DNA of 53,927 bases, the filler included, from Jimgerdemannia flammicorona (Eukaryota): the NCBI GenBank assembly GCA_003990765.1. It is 2 parts of 2 records of this genome, joined end to end, with 100 filler letters (N's around TTAATTAATTAA, not from the genome) between each part and the next. Parts side by side here need not be neighbours in the genome. Positions count along the whole stretch, not along the records: positions 1 to 26,914 come from RBNJ01000682.1; positions 27,015 to 53,927 come from RBNJ01000683.1. One strand, given 5' to 3'. Below, one piece after another: positions 22,761-35,380 of the stretch. The position numbers were made by a program, and so were the translations under genes. Positions within the stretch are counted from its first letter, which is position 1; every line of letters begins with the position of its first letter. Below the pieces are notes generated by a model. The model had not been told where the DNA came from, searched no databases, and saw nothing but the letters and a program-made list of their open reading frames with translations.

Positions 22761-25675
22761 ATGGACCAAAGACCCAGTAGAAAACGTGCAAAGCACGACC
22801 ACCAGACCCCGTACGTATTTAGCCAAGCTGGGTTACATTCGAGAACTACGTGCTATCAATATCTGATAAGCCTTTACTCTTTTATAGCATCATCATTGAG
22901 GTAACAATCCATACCAGCTATCTTTAGCGCGTTCTGGCAATCCATGCTTATGCGTCTTTCATTCTATCTCCGTAGTCTGACGAAGAAGTCTCTCATTCAC
23001 CCCCCGCTTTATCTGCCAATTTGCGCACTGGTATCACATCTTCCGCTACCTTGGGAACTTCACCGAATTATAAATATGCGGACTCCAACATCAAGCTGAC
23101 CGGTATCCAGGACCTCCCAACGTCGGAGAACGTCGACACCGTCACAATAACATCCATCCTTGGTTATGTAGGTATTGGTTCTGCCATCGAACGCCATTGT
23201 ATCAGTACATTGGTGTGGGCCAGTTTTTTAAAGCTCCATGTCTGCAAATAGGGTGATTTGAAGGAGATGGTCCAGCTCAATTACCATGTCGACTTGGATT
23301 GGCTTATGTCTAAATTACCTCCGGAAAAAGCAAATTCGTTACCGACAACCGTAGTCCACGGGTGGCGCCAAGATGAGGCGCACATCATTAAGGTACCGCA
23401 ATGTCAAAGATTTTATATAAAATGATGCAAAGGAGGAGGAGGGGGGAGAAGTTGGTTCGAATTTTTTGTGTCGGATGTTGTACCTAGTATTCGTCCTTTT
23501 ACATATTTTCCCTCAAATTATCTCACAGGAACAAGTAAAGGCTTTTCAAAATGTGAAACTCGTCTTTCCGAGCCTGCCAATACAGTATGGTGAATACCGT
23601 CTTCACTTAATTTCCCTGATCGACCATTTTCATTCTCATCCTCATTTTCATTTTTTTTTTTTTCTTTTTCCCTTCTTTGCTTTTAATTTTCTCGATTTGA
23701 CGGGCGACGATGGGAATCAACCATAGGTACACATCATACCAAGGTAATATGACAGCTATCCCCAAAGGCGCAACGAGTGTGCTGTTCGATTGTGTAATAT
23801 TTGAATGAAGCCCAACTTGTATGCCGCTATTTGCTTATGACTGTGTCTGACAGGCGATGCTTCTCTTCTACAATGATGATACAATGCGCGTAGTCATTCA
23901 TACGGCGAACCTGGTATCGAGTGATTGGAGGTATATCGAGAAATATTATATGAGGTCTTATTGTGGGTGTGTCGCAACTCGCAAATTCATGGCCTCTGCA
24001 ACCCTATTGACTTGAATCTACTTGTTTCTAGGAATAAAACACAAGCTGTCTACACTTCTCCTGTTTTACATAAGAAACGAAGCCCCCAGTTGTCATCATC
24101 GCCAGCAGAAATGAGCATGTTTGAAAAAGACCTGACCGACTACTTTAAGGCTTATGGGCATCAACTGAGTAGATTCTGCGAGCTGTTTAAGGATTATGAC
24201 TTCTCCGAGTGCAAAGTATGCGTGTAGCAGCTGTACCAGCTGCGGCGTTGTTCACAGTTCATCAATAGCACTGTATCAAATGGATCGTTGTCACTTGATC
24301 GATTGTCGCTGTGTTGTTGGTGGTATCACATGCTGCTTGCTAAGTTCCATGTTTTATATCGTTTATTCAATCATCTTGCTGTCCCATCACCACAGGCCAT
24401 CATCGTCGCTTCTGTTCCGGGTTATCACACTGGTGTGAACAAGAAGAAATGGGGCCATTTACGGTTGCGATCAGTGTTGGAACAGCACGTTGTCATTCCT
24501 GATGAGTGCCGAGACAGATCGACAGTTGTTTGTCAGGTATTTACGACACCGGTTTCACACCATGCTTCCCCATATTTGCATATCATGCTACCAACTTCAA
24601 ATATTAAACTACGTCAGTTTTCGAGCATCGGTTCGCTAACCACGTCGGATACCTGGTTTCGGGAAGTATTTGGCGCAAGTTTGTCTAGCGCCAAAAATCG
24701 GAGGCAATGCCGTGACCCAACGTTGAAGATGGTGTTTCCTACTGTTGAAGATGTGAAAGATAGGTAATGTGCGACCGATACAACATGGTTACCTGAACAA
24801 TTTCAATTCTTGTAGTTCCTGGTAGCGCAAAATTTATCGTTAGAATTTGTTGCTACATTTTATAGCCTGGAAGGATGGAACTCGGGGGGAAGTATTCCGT
24901 TTGATCATAGTAAGTTCTGCAGGTAGAATGTGGTATGAAATTGATGATTGTAACTTGCATCATATCCTAATCCACCTTTCTTGGCATCGTTACTGCTGGC
25001 GTTTCACAGATAACTACATGAAACAAAAGGCCTGGATGCGGAATTATCTTTGTAAATGGCGGGGGATTCGATCGGGCCGCCACCGCGCCGCGCCGCATAT
25101 CAAAACATATGCACGATTTACGGTGAATTCCGCCATCAACAATGCTGATTCAGAAGGTAGCTCTGTTGAAATAGTAGACGGATCGGAATCGGACGCAATA
25201 TTGGCGTGGTTCCTGGTTACCAGCAGTAATCTATCTAAAGCGGCTTGGGGAGATCTGCAGAAGAAGGGCGAGCAATTGATGGTACGCAGCTACGAACTGG
25301 GCGTGCTGATTTGGCCAGAAATGTTTAAGGTGAGTGGTGTGTCTCGGTAATTGTCAGTGATGTAATGCTTAACCGATTACGTGGCATGCCGAACTTGATG
25401 TCGAATCCGCATTTGTCATAATCTCTTAGACACCAGAAGGTGAAAACGCTTATATGCTAAACGCAACAAAAACGAATTTGAGACCTATACCGCCTTCAGC
25501 TCTCGTCCCTCAAATCTCCCCTCCCTTGTCAAGCGTAACCAATGTCGTACCCGTACGTCTTCCGTATGATCTTCCGCTCACATCATATGACTTCGACGCA
25601 GGTGACGAGTGCTGGACTTGGAATGTGCCCAGATCAGAGCCAGATTGGTTGGGAAACTTTTGGAGTGGTTCGTAG
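22761..25675 (+). CDS. TDP1: Tyrosyl-DNA phosphodiesterase 1, multi-exon
   Basis: Both catalytic HxK motifs are present: YGTHHTK...IHTANL and AAPHIKTY...TSSNLSKAAWG. Also QLNYHVDLDWLM, NKTQAVY, ASVPGYH, QFSSIGSL, RSYELGVL and LPYDLPL. Introns are GT-AG. Confidence 0.96.
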
Positions 25676-26092
25676 TATGTCTTGGGCCTGTATCATTAAA
25701 ATTCGTTTGTTTCAATTATGTACACTGTCGAAATGCGCCTCATTCGATTCAGTAAATTATAGCCGCCTCTCAACGTATGCGCATACTCGTAATTTTGACT
25801 AATATACCACTTGAGTCAATCTATGTATACATTTGAACACCAAGGCATCATCGGATGTCGAGCTCAAAAGGGATCGAATGCCGAAATTAACCATTTTATA
25901 GTAATGATAAGTTGATGCTGCCACGCGCATACAAAAATACAAAATTTGAGTTTATGGAATATATATCACAACCACAAAGCAACTATTCCTCTCAAGAAAA
26001 GGAAGATTCGGTCACGGTCAAAGCGAGCATTCAAGATCACATCGTTGATTCGGAGACACGTGATCACAACGTAACGAGAAGGCATCGTTTAT

Positions 26093-26914
26093 CTACTCAT
26101 CGTCATCCCACTCGTCATCGTCTTCGTCATCATCGTCTTCGTCGTCAGATTGGATGCGAGTGGCGCGCGCCTTAAGCACAGCAGCCAGAGAGGTGGCTAG
26201 ATCTCCGCCACCAGCATCTGCAGGAGCGGCAGAGCTTGCGGGCTCATCGTAAGTTTGTTGGCGATCGACCTGGCAATATCAAAGTTCAAAAATTGATAAG
26301 TTAATGCCAAGCGTCAATAACAATGTCAAGGTACGATGCAATTTTCAACACCAGAAGATCATGTGTGAAATAAACATTTACCTTTTTCAATGCATTGATA
26401 CCATTGGCGGAACGAATACTGGCGAGCAAGTCGTCGCGACCGACTGGAGCGGGATGTATTGCAAGAGACCGGGGTGGAGGGGGTACAGCGCTGTTGCTGG
26501 ACATGGGCGGCGGCGGCGGCGGCGGCGGTGGCGGTGGCGGTGGGCCACCAGAGGTCGACATGGGCGGTGGCGGAGGAGGAGGAGGAGGAGGGGGAGGGGG
26601 TGCACCACCGGAAGTCAACATGAGCGGCGGCGGCGGCGGAGGCGGAGGGGCAGGAGAATGCGATTTTTGCTCTTTGGGTTGCTCCCTAGACGGAGGAGGC
26701 GGGGCAGGACCACGCGAAGGTGGAGGTGGGGCAGGACCGCGAGCAGGCGGAGGTGGTGGGGCAGGGCCTCTAAAGGAGCTGGCGGGAGGTGGGGGTGGGG
26801 CATTGTAAGAGGTGACTGGAGGTGGGGGCGGAGCATTGTAAGAGGTTTGGGTGGTGACTGGAGGCGGGGGCGGAGGCGGAGGCGGGGGTGGAGTGTATTG
26901 TTGAACTTGGCGGG
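26093..26914 (-). CDS. WASP/Las17-family actin nucleation-promoting factor, 3' part (5' end cut off at the gap)
   Basis: Polyproline with RGPAPPPP repeats, WH2 GRDDLLASIRSANGINALKK|V, central GGGDLATSLAAVLKAR, and acidic tail DDEDDDEWDDDE*; one intron at ~26270-26381. Confidence 0.9.
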
Positions 26915-27014
26915 NNNNNNNNNNNNNNNNNNNNNNNNNNNNNNNNNNNNNNNNNNNNTTAATTAATTAANNNNNNNNNNNNNNNNNNNNNNNNNNNNNN
27001 NNNNNNNNNNNNNN
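26915..27014. other. Assembly gap / contig-joining linker (artificial)
   Basis: N-run containing TTAATTAATTAA, a six-frame stop linker commonly used when concatenating contigs. Confidence 0.92.
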
Positions 27015-28204
27015 TTTTAATGGACTCATAGTCCCATGGATTTTTATTGGAAGGGAACCTAGACTATATAGGCCAAAACCCTCCCCCACCACCCACTGAA
27101 CAATATCCCTCTATTAATCTAGGCTACTAAATTGTCCAGCAGTCTCACTGCTCCAGCCATGCCTGTTGAACACTGGCTATGTTGACCCTCATGATATAGA
27201 CTAGACTTGTCTGCTCACCAGGACTAGATCATCATTTACATGAGAGAGCACACCTATATATCAGATCTAGCAGTGCTGGGACTAAATAAAGAATAGCCCC
27301 CCAAACCCCAAAAGAAAGCCTGAGGCAAAGAAAAAACCCCCCAACTAACCAATAGAGAGCAAAGTAGATTTAAAGCAGGTGAGTAAAGGACTTATATGCA
27401 GCACCTTCCTCAAAGAACTTACATATGGGCTAGGGCCTGAAAAGACCCCACTCCCACTCTCCAAGCCTGTGGGCCTCGATCACATTATCATGTCAGCTCC
27501 CAGTTCCAGTCAGGTACTGCCAAATAAAGAAGGCCCCACTCCCCAAGCCTGCAGGCCTTGATCATATTGCTGCATCAGCTCCCAGTTCCAGTTGGGTACA
27601 GCCAGAATGCCGGCCCTTGTACCACCCCACCCCCCACTAGCCAATCAAAAGGCCCCACCAAGATATCATCTGCCCCAGCCCTGATGACTGCCCCCAGCCT
27701 GGCACTCCACTGGTTCACTGTAATCACCCTTCCTCCTATCTGTGACAGCCATCTCCCCTCCCATCCTAACATCACCCAAAAAACAGTCACCTATGCCAGA
27801 ACCACACTCACCAGGAAGCTTGCCAAAGCCAGAGGGCCCCACTACAGGCACCAAGGACCTGCAGGTAACCTACACTGAGCACTTGATGCCCAAGGTTGCT
27901 GACTCCCTATATAGTCTGAGACACACCAAGACAGCACCTTGTTGGCGACAGCAAAAGGAAGAAGGCACTACACCAAAACAGATGCACTCCAAATGCAGCT
28001 GAAGACACCAGAAACCACGAAAAAGTGGAGAAGACACTGATCCGACACCAATAAAGGGGCAACTCATCACCATTGCCCTCCTCCCACCATGCCCATGCAG
28101 GCACAGCAAACCAACCCGAGGTAGAGGGGTAATAATAGGGGAAAGGGGACTCAGAAGGTTGCCTACCAAACCTTGTGACTGGTAAGGTAGTGGAGAAAGG
28201 AGCA
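27015..28204 (-). mobile_element. ~1.2-kb retroposon copy 3 (variant with an internal ~80-bp duplication)
   Basis: Collinear with 12702-13874 at both ends. The unit aagcctg..ggcc..gatca...tcagctcccagttccagt occurs twice (~27463, ~27545); the segment at ~27140-27300 is divergent. Confidence 0.9.
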
Positions 28205-28205
28205 T

Positions 28206-28668
28206 TGCACAAAACTCATCATGCTCGACATCTACAACCTATTGGACGAACCGAGTGCTGCGTACTTCCGCGAGTCGAGAGAGAAGTATCTCGGTGCAAC
28301 GCTGGAGAAGTTTTGCGAAGATAAGGAGTCGGCGCGCTCTCAGCTTAAGGTCACCTTGAGCCCGATTCATGATGCGTTAAAGTTCACTGGATGGATTTCC
28401 GGCGAGAATGGTGAGTATCGCGGAAAGTTTGCTGAATACATACTTGGATCATGAGCATACGCGATGTTCATCCCTGATCATTTTCCCGCGCGGTTTTCAC
28501 TTCACGACAGTCGGTTACTCCGATTTCATCCTTGCCGGAGGTTTCATGCTCATGAAAATGGGCAACCCAATCGAATTCGAGAATTCATTGCTGAACGCGT
28601 TCGAAGATGATGTCTTCAGAAGCTGGTGGACAAAAGTCGAGCCGTACGTGTCCGGTAATGGTAATTAG
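28206..28668 (+). pseudogene. Glutathione S-transferase (fungal GSTFuA/LigE-like), C-terminal part, abutting the retroposon
   Basis: KLIMLDIYNLLDEPSAAYFRESREKYLGATLEKF, intron 28411-28510, then WISGEN|VGYSDFILAGGF...RSWWTKVEPY*. The N-terminal thioredoxin-like domain is absent from this contig. Confidence 0.8.
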
Positions 28669-29059
28669 TCTGTACTACGAGTATATACATAATAGCGCGG
28701 GTTGTAAATGGACACCATAAACTTGGTGATTTGGCAATTCATCTTGTAAATCGAATAGCATTAAAGATCTCCTAAAGCCAGCAACAAATTTCTCATTCGA
28801 GGGACGAGGTCGATTCTTGTGAGCAGCCATTTACGGTTTGGCTTCTGCTTTAGACATGATACTTTAATAACGACAACAGACTTCAAGTTGGTCAGGAAAT
28901 GGGGCGGGCGCCAACCATATAAATTTCCAAACCCAACATACACGACTATCGGTTGGCATGTTTATTGATATTCTCAAACTTTGGTAAAATCAACACAATC
29001 ACGCACGCACACATATCCAGGCTACATTTGCACAAACTTTAACCATGTACATGTTTCCC

Positions 29060-29925
29060 TGTGGTTATCGCTTGACCTCGACTCACTATCTTAGGGTTTA
29101 CTCAATGTTAACGTGGTGGCCTCCTGGGAACCTGCGCATACGGAAACTGATCAAATCGAGCGTGCAAAAGCAAGCCGCAGTAAGATATCCATCCCAAAAT
29201 GTGATAACGTGCCACCTCTATTACAAACAAGTGTTGTGTCTCGAAATTCCTGTATTACCAGCCTTTTTTTGATTAGTGATTTTGTAGGTGGCTGGCCTGC
29301 GGTTTCCTAGGACTGGAAACATTTGTGCAACTGGCCTTTCCAGATTTGTGGGCAGAACAGCAGGGCGCTCCGAAGCCGACGGAGCAGCCCAGTCACGACG
29401 TACAGCAACAGGTAGGTAGTCCTCGGGAGTGACAAGGGTTGCTCCATTGTGAGAAAATGTTCGAGGTCCTCTTCGGAAAGATTGGACAGTTCGCCGACAA
29501 CAAGCTTTTGAGCGCGGAAGGGATTGAGGAGCACGTCGTAGAAATCCTTGTTGGCTCGCTCCAAGGGATGGCGACGACGGTTTCATGAGAAGCGATGAGG
29601 CAACACCAAAATCAGCGAGGTCGTGCGCGCGTTCCAGCGCCATCTCCATGAGCTTGGGAAGGAGAAGAAAGCTTGTTGCGCCGTATATTCCTACAGCGAT
29701 GGAAATGTTGACAGTGTTTTCGATGGTCTCGGTATGAATGAAGGCGAGGACAACGTTGAGCACCGCGGAGGTGATATCGTTGAGGACAACGCGATGAGAG
29801 GAACCCTCTCGCATGTTTCCGTACAGCATCGCCTTGAAGCCTAGACATCTTTTTAAGAGATCATATGAAATCAGATTTGTCACGTTATGGCGATGGGCAG
29901 TTCGATGTTGCAGCAACTTCTCCAT
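29060..29925 (-). pseudogene. BTB/POZ (BACK-like) domain gene, frameshifted
   Basis: FKAMLYGNMREGSSHRVVLNDITSAVLNVVLAFIHT...ATSFLLLPKL is a BTB signature. The continuation (ELSNLSEEDLEHFL) is in another frame and the N-terminal BTB strands appear lost. Confidence 0.7.
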
Positions 29926-30230
29926 GAGTCTTTTTGTACATTAGAGTGGCTGGGGAATCTCGGCACATTTTCATTTGGTCCGGTCGTTGCAGCGAGATCT
30001 AAAGGCGTGTTTTCGAGCCTTTAGAGTGGTCGCAGTGGAAGGAATCTCGGCGGAATGACTTTGGCGTTCCGCCATTAGACATGCAAAGAGATTGTGTGGG
30101 AATGGAAAGAAGTTTCGGTGATGGAGAATCAATTTTATATACTTAATCACCCCTTATATATATGCATGCTCACCATGCGCCGAACAATCTCTTTTTACGT
30201 TCCCCTTTTCGCTTATAGAACCTGCAACAG

Positions 30231-30280
<50 letters not shown>

Positions 30281-30699
30281 CATTTATTTAATTTTGATTT
30301 TGAGGAATTTTCTGCGTTGGTTGGATCTATCCTATGGTTGGGGCTAAGAAACCGGCACCTGCGTAGCACATTATACTCTAGATGGCAATATTCCTTTTAC
30401 CAAAATCGATCTCAAGGCTAACGGTAAGTTCTGCTGACCGCACAGTTCGTGGTGATTCGCGTCTTTATATTTATTGCGATGGCGCGAACAGTGAAAGTAG
30501 TATGAAAAGGGTGGCCAAAATGAGAATGACATCGGTATGAGCAAGCCTCTTCTACTTCGGTGGAGATGTATTATCCCCTGCAGATCATGATTAGCGAAAA
30601 GGAGATAATATTTCATAATTACATTCAGGATACCTATACACTTGGGGGGGGGGGGGGGGGAGGAAAAAAAACAAAAAACACCGGCGCGTATACGCCGCT

Positions 30700-31250
30700 C
30701 CCTTTATCGCCTGCACCTTTCATTACGACCATTTCCATCGCCTGTCGTACAGTCATCGGAGTTAATATGTGGGATATCGACTTGCACGCAATCGTGGACG
30801 TCCCCTGTTGAGTCGGGAGCGTGATGGTAGTTCGACGCAAAATGGTGAGTTCGCAGAAATATTTGGGATGGACACGTGGGTTATTATTGGAGATGGAGGG
30901 AGTGGCGTGGCACATGACTGTGAAATGAACAGTGCGACTGCTACGCAATATCGTTAGCACAGTTCCACCTATTCGCTGACGTGCTCGGATCCCGCGTGCG
31001 CAGCGGATACGTCAAGACCTGCATCGTATACGGGCGGAATCTGCACAAGCACCGCATGAAGGAGATCGAGGAGCTTAACCCTGGCCTCATAATCACGGCG
31101 GGTTGCGAGGGGTTTGTTCTCGATGAAATCATCGGGTCCATCGTCGGTTCGGTTGTGTGGCCAATGGTTGGGCGGTTGTGTGCACCAGTCTCTGTGAGGG
31201 CGCGGTAGGGGTACCGAAAGGTGCGTCGAGGTGGGTTATGCATATATTGA
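30700..31250 (-). other. GC-rich gene-like fragment of unknown function
   Basis: One frame reads DDGPDDFIENKPLATRRDYEARVKLLDLLHAVLVQIPPVY. I could not build a coherent gene model or recognise a family. Confidence 0.3.
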
Positions 31251-31780
31251 GGGGGTGGTGGTGAGAGGACATCAGCATACATTGCGGTGGGAGGCATATG
31301 TGCTATTAATTGCATTACAATTCGTTCATTCCACTTTGAAAACAAAAAGAAAGGTATTGAAAGACTCGTGTATCCGTAATTAGGTAGCTTAGTTTTCTTT
31401 CTTCAAAATTGTCATCAGCACTCTTCCTTCTTTCCCTTTGCATGGTCGTGATTCGCCTTAAGGATCTGAGTTCAGCGGTTATGGGCGGCGGTGTTTGCTG
31501 TCACATGCATGCCACAACATTTCTGGTAACAAAAACAATCATCATTCAATCGAAAGTTTTCCAAATTCGCGGGCACCCTGATACCAGGTCTCGTATACAT
31601 AGAAGAGTACGTAAGTAACAGTTCCATTGTTCCATTAACCGAAAGTGCGCCGTGTGGAAAAAGAGCCAGTCCATCCGGCATTGTCAACCTGGAACTTACC
31701 TTGAGGAGTCTTTGGAGCACTTGTGCATTCTAAACCCACAATCTGGTAAGGAGTGTGTAATGAGATTGCATAGTTGTTAT

Positions 31781-32948
31781 GCCCCTTTCTCCGCTACCAT
31801 ACCAGTTACAAGGTTTTGGTAGGCAATCTTCCAAGTCCCCTTTTCCCTACTTTTACCTCCTCTACCTTGGGTTGGTTTGCTGTGTCTACAATGGTACAGT
31901 GAGAGGAAGGCAATAGTGATGAGCTGCCTCTTTATCAGTATCAGATCAGTGTCTTCTTTACTTTTTTATAGTTTCTGGTATCTCTGGCTACATCTGGTTT
32001 TGATATAGTGTCTGCTTTCTTTTACCATCATCAATAAGATATCATTATAATATATCATAGGCTGCATAGAGAGTTGGCTGACCTTGGGTGTCAAGTACCA
32101 GTATAGGTCACCTACAAGTTATTAGTATCTGTGGTAGAGCCTCTGAGCTTTGGTGAGCTTTCTGGTGAGTATGGTTCTAATATAGATGATTGTTTTTTGA
32201 GTGGAGTTGGGATGAGAGAGAGAGGAGATAGCTATTACAGATAAGAGGATGGATAATAATGGTAGACCAGTTGGGTGCCAGACTGGTAGTAGTCATTGGA
32301 ACTGGGGTAGGTACTGTATCAGTGGGGCCTTCTGATTGATACAGAGTGATTAGATAATAGATATCACTCTTGACTACTTTTGGCAATATAAGAGATTGGG
32401 CCTCAGTTATTGAGAGTGGTTGAGGGGTCTAAGGTTACTTGGGTCAGATATCTTAACTATACTTAACTAGAATCAGAAGCTGATGTAGCAATATGATTGA
32501 GGTTTATAAATTTAAGTAGTAGGGTATTAGGAGTCTCCTCCTGCCTTACATATAAGTTCTCTACTTATCTCATCAGAAAGAACTAGGTCCTACCCATCAT
32601 TCTGTGCTTTGAGGGGGGTTTTTCTTTATCTGTTGTTCTATTTAAAGTAGTAGAGGCTATTTTATTCAGCTTGGGCAAAGCCTTATACATACATTGGGGT
32701 TTTGAGTATGTATCTTCAGTTATTGACATATGGTTGTTTTCTATCTAATAATAAGGAGAGCATGGTATACAGAATGAGGTGTGGGCTAATATAAGCCCTA
32801 CTGTATCTAATATGGTTGAGCTGCTAGATAATAGCTAGCCTAGGTTTAATGAGAGTACAGTGCTCAGAGGGTAGTGGAGGAGGGTTTTGACCTATATAGT
32901 CTAGGTTCCCTTCTAATAAAAATCTGTAGAACTTTAAGTCTATTAAAA
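31781..32948 (+). mobile_element. ~1.2-kb retroposon copy 4 (full length, mutated)
   Basis: Starts gcccctttctccgctacc and ends ttcccttctaataaaaatctgtagaactttaagtctattaaaa; possible degenerate TSD agattg(c/at)atagttgt. Confidence 0.88.
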
Positions 32949-33839
32949 GCATTAAAGATATAGTAGATTGATATAGTTGTATATATCTGGGGGGTTTTTT
33001 TTTAAAAAATAACTCCTTATACCAAATAGTTGTATATATACAAAGCTTTAGTTTAGGTGGTACTTTTAATTAATTCACATTAATGAACTAAAGTCCTAGT
33101 TAGAAGTACTAGTTGTTATTCCATTTATGTCCTTAGTCTATATCTCTATATAATTAAACTTAGTTGGGAATATTATATTAAAAAGAGCAATATCTACATA
33201 AATGGACTATGGGTATTTCTGCGACTATTTTCTCAGGATTGCCTCAATATTTGTAGCAATATATCATGTTATTCCAAATCAATCTACTTGGTTGAAAATT
33301 TGGTTTCAAAGTTATTATCCTTATATACAACTCTATCTGGACATCAAATACTATAGAGCTCACAATCTAGATGTGCTGGTCAAGGACAATAGATGAAATT
33401 TTGGTTACAGACATCTTTGTGAACCAGAACTTCAGCTGGTAACATACAACCTTAGAGAGATAGATGTTGTGACTCTGAGAATAAGTTACATATACATATC
33501 AAAGGTTAGATATTTAGATAGAATATTCAATCTTCTCTAATAAATCTCATCTCTAGTCATTTTCAATATATAGAGTATTTACCATACAGAGTATTTCTTA
33601 TAAGGTCTATAGAGAGAGTTTGTATCAATGCAGCCAAAATAGATCTTGAAAATGTGACTATCTACCAATACTGATACCAGATGAAAAAAAATTCACATGG
33701 TTAACTTCTCACATTTGGTAATATGGAAAGAAAGGCAGAAACCTCTGGCTCATAAGCAAGAGAAAATAAACATATAAAGGACCATGTATTGATAGCCATC
33801 ATTCTGTAATAGGCCCACCATCCTGATCATATCCACTCT

Positions 33840-34184
33840 TAGTGCTTGGAATAAATCAAATTGAATTGAATTCAACCCCAATTTGATTCAATTTGAAATA
33901 TTTAAGTTTCAATTTGAACCTTAATTTTGAAATTCAATAACTTGATGAAAACATGTCTAAATTCAAAAAAAGATTTAGCTTGTTAGATTTGCCCTATCCA
34001 GGAGAATCTAATATAACAAAGATCATCAAATTTAGATGTATTTTGGTCAAGTTATTGCATTTCAAAGTTTGACTCGGACCTCAATTCAATTTGAATCCAA
34101 TTTGATTCAAATCCAATTCGATTTGAATCCAATTTAAATTGAAAAATTCTCAATTCATTTGATTCGATTCGTTTGGGAGCACTA
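33840..34184. mobile_element. hAT-type MITE, 345 bp
   Basis: Termini tagtgctt...gggagcacta; 8-bp TSD tccactct (33832-33839) / tccaccct (34185-34192); related to 14269-14659. Confidence 0.85.
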
Positions 34185-35345
34185 TCCACCCTAGTGGCCC
34201 CTCTGTAGTAAAAATTCCAATAACATCACTAAATAAAATAATATACCAATCTCATCCTTCTCAAAACAATCTTCCCTTGCGATTAGTGTTTTGTCCTGGT
34301 CTCATCCCGGTATTGACGAGACGTCTCGCGAGACAGCTATGTCATCAACGAATGACCATCGTGATGTTATCGACGAGACTATGACTGAACGAGCGAACGT
34401 GGACTGGGCGAGCGAGCAAGTAAACGTTGACTAAACGAGAGAACATGAACGTGAACAGAATCATCGAAAGTGGACTGGGTAGACTGGACGCCCGAACCTG
34501 ATTTCTCTCTCCTGTCGGACGTCCGAGCAGAGATAGGCTGCAACTGTTTCATTTCCGGGGACAAGGCATCCTCAGCGCAATTGAGGATATGCACAGGGTC
34601 AAGTGGGGTTTGGTGTTAAGGTGCGGAGTTTTTGGGACCTGTTTCAGGGGCAGCCTGTGTCTTACATGAGAGTATGGAGCATGTGCCGAAAAAGAATAGG
34701 TAAAGAAGACGCATACAATTTCAAAGTTCTCGAGGATCAACACCTTAGTTGACAAAATGGTCAATCAAGGCAACACGAATTGTGCAACTCCCGACGTCCG
34801 TTATTTCAACATGGTTCTGTTTGTAATTGTATGACAAATGACAAATGAATAATATATTAACTATATTGGTAGCATTAGTAAAATGTGATTAGCATACCCT
34901 CTCCGTTACAACCAGAAATGCGGATATCATATTAGGGGTGTGAAAATGTGAAGAACAAGAGTATTAGTAAGAATTTTCAGTTGCTGTGAAAGCAAGATAT
35001 GTAAATCTGCCACATTAGTCCCATGATTATTCAATTGCAGACTTTCCTATAGCTATTTTGGATCTTCAGACGCAATTGATCTTCAGTTGCTCTCTGGTAA
35101 AAACCCTTTTCTGCCCCCCTCTTTTGGCAAACCGGCATTCCTGGAGAACGTGATTGCCGCTTAAATCATCTTGTTGCATTTCAACATGATTCTGTACAAA
35201 TTAAATATCACCCGTGAAATGCGCAGATTGATCTAATGTTTGATTTAACATACCGTCTCTTAACTGAATTTCCAATGGGATGTTGGACCTACGAACACCG
35301 AAAATCTTGAATAACCTGAACAGGGTATACCCATTCGCTGCCATC

Positions 35346-35380
<35 letters not shown>

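Noticed and set aside
26304..26966. Gly-rich and Arg-rich plus-strand ORFs
   Set aside because: They are antisense or alternative frames of the WASP polyproline region.
26915..27014. TTAATTAATTAA palindrome as a biological site, and WASP-retroposon-GST adjacency
   Set aside because: It is an artificial linker inside Ns, so sequences on either side cannot be assumed contiguous.
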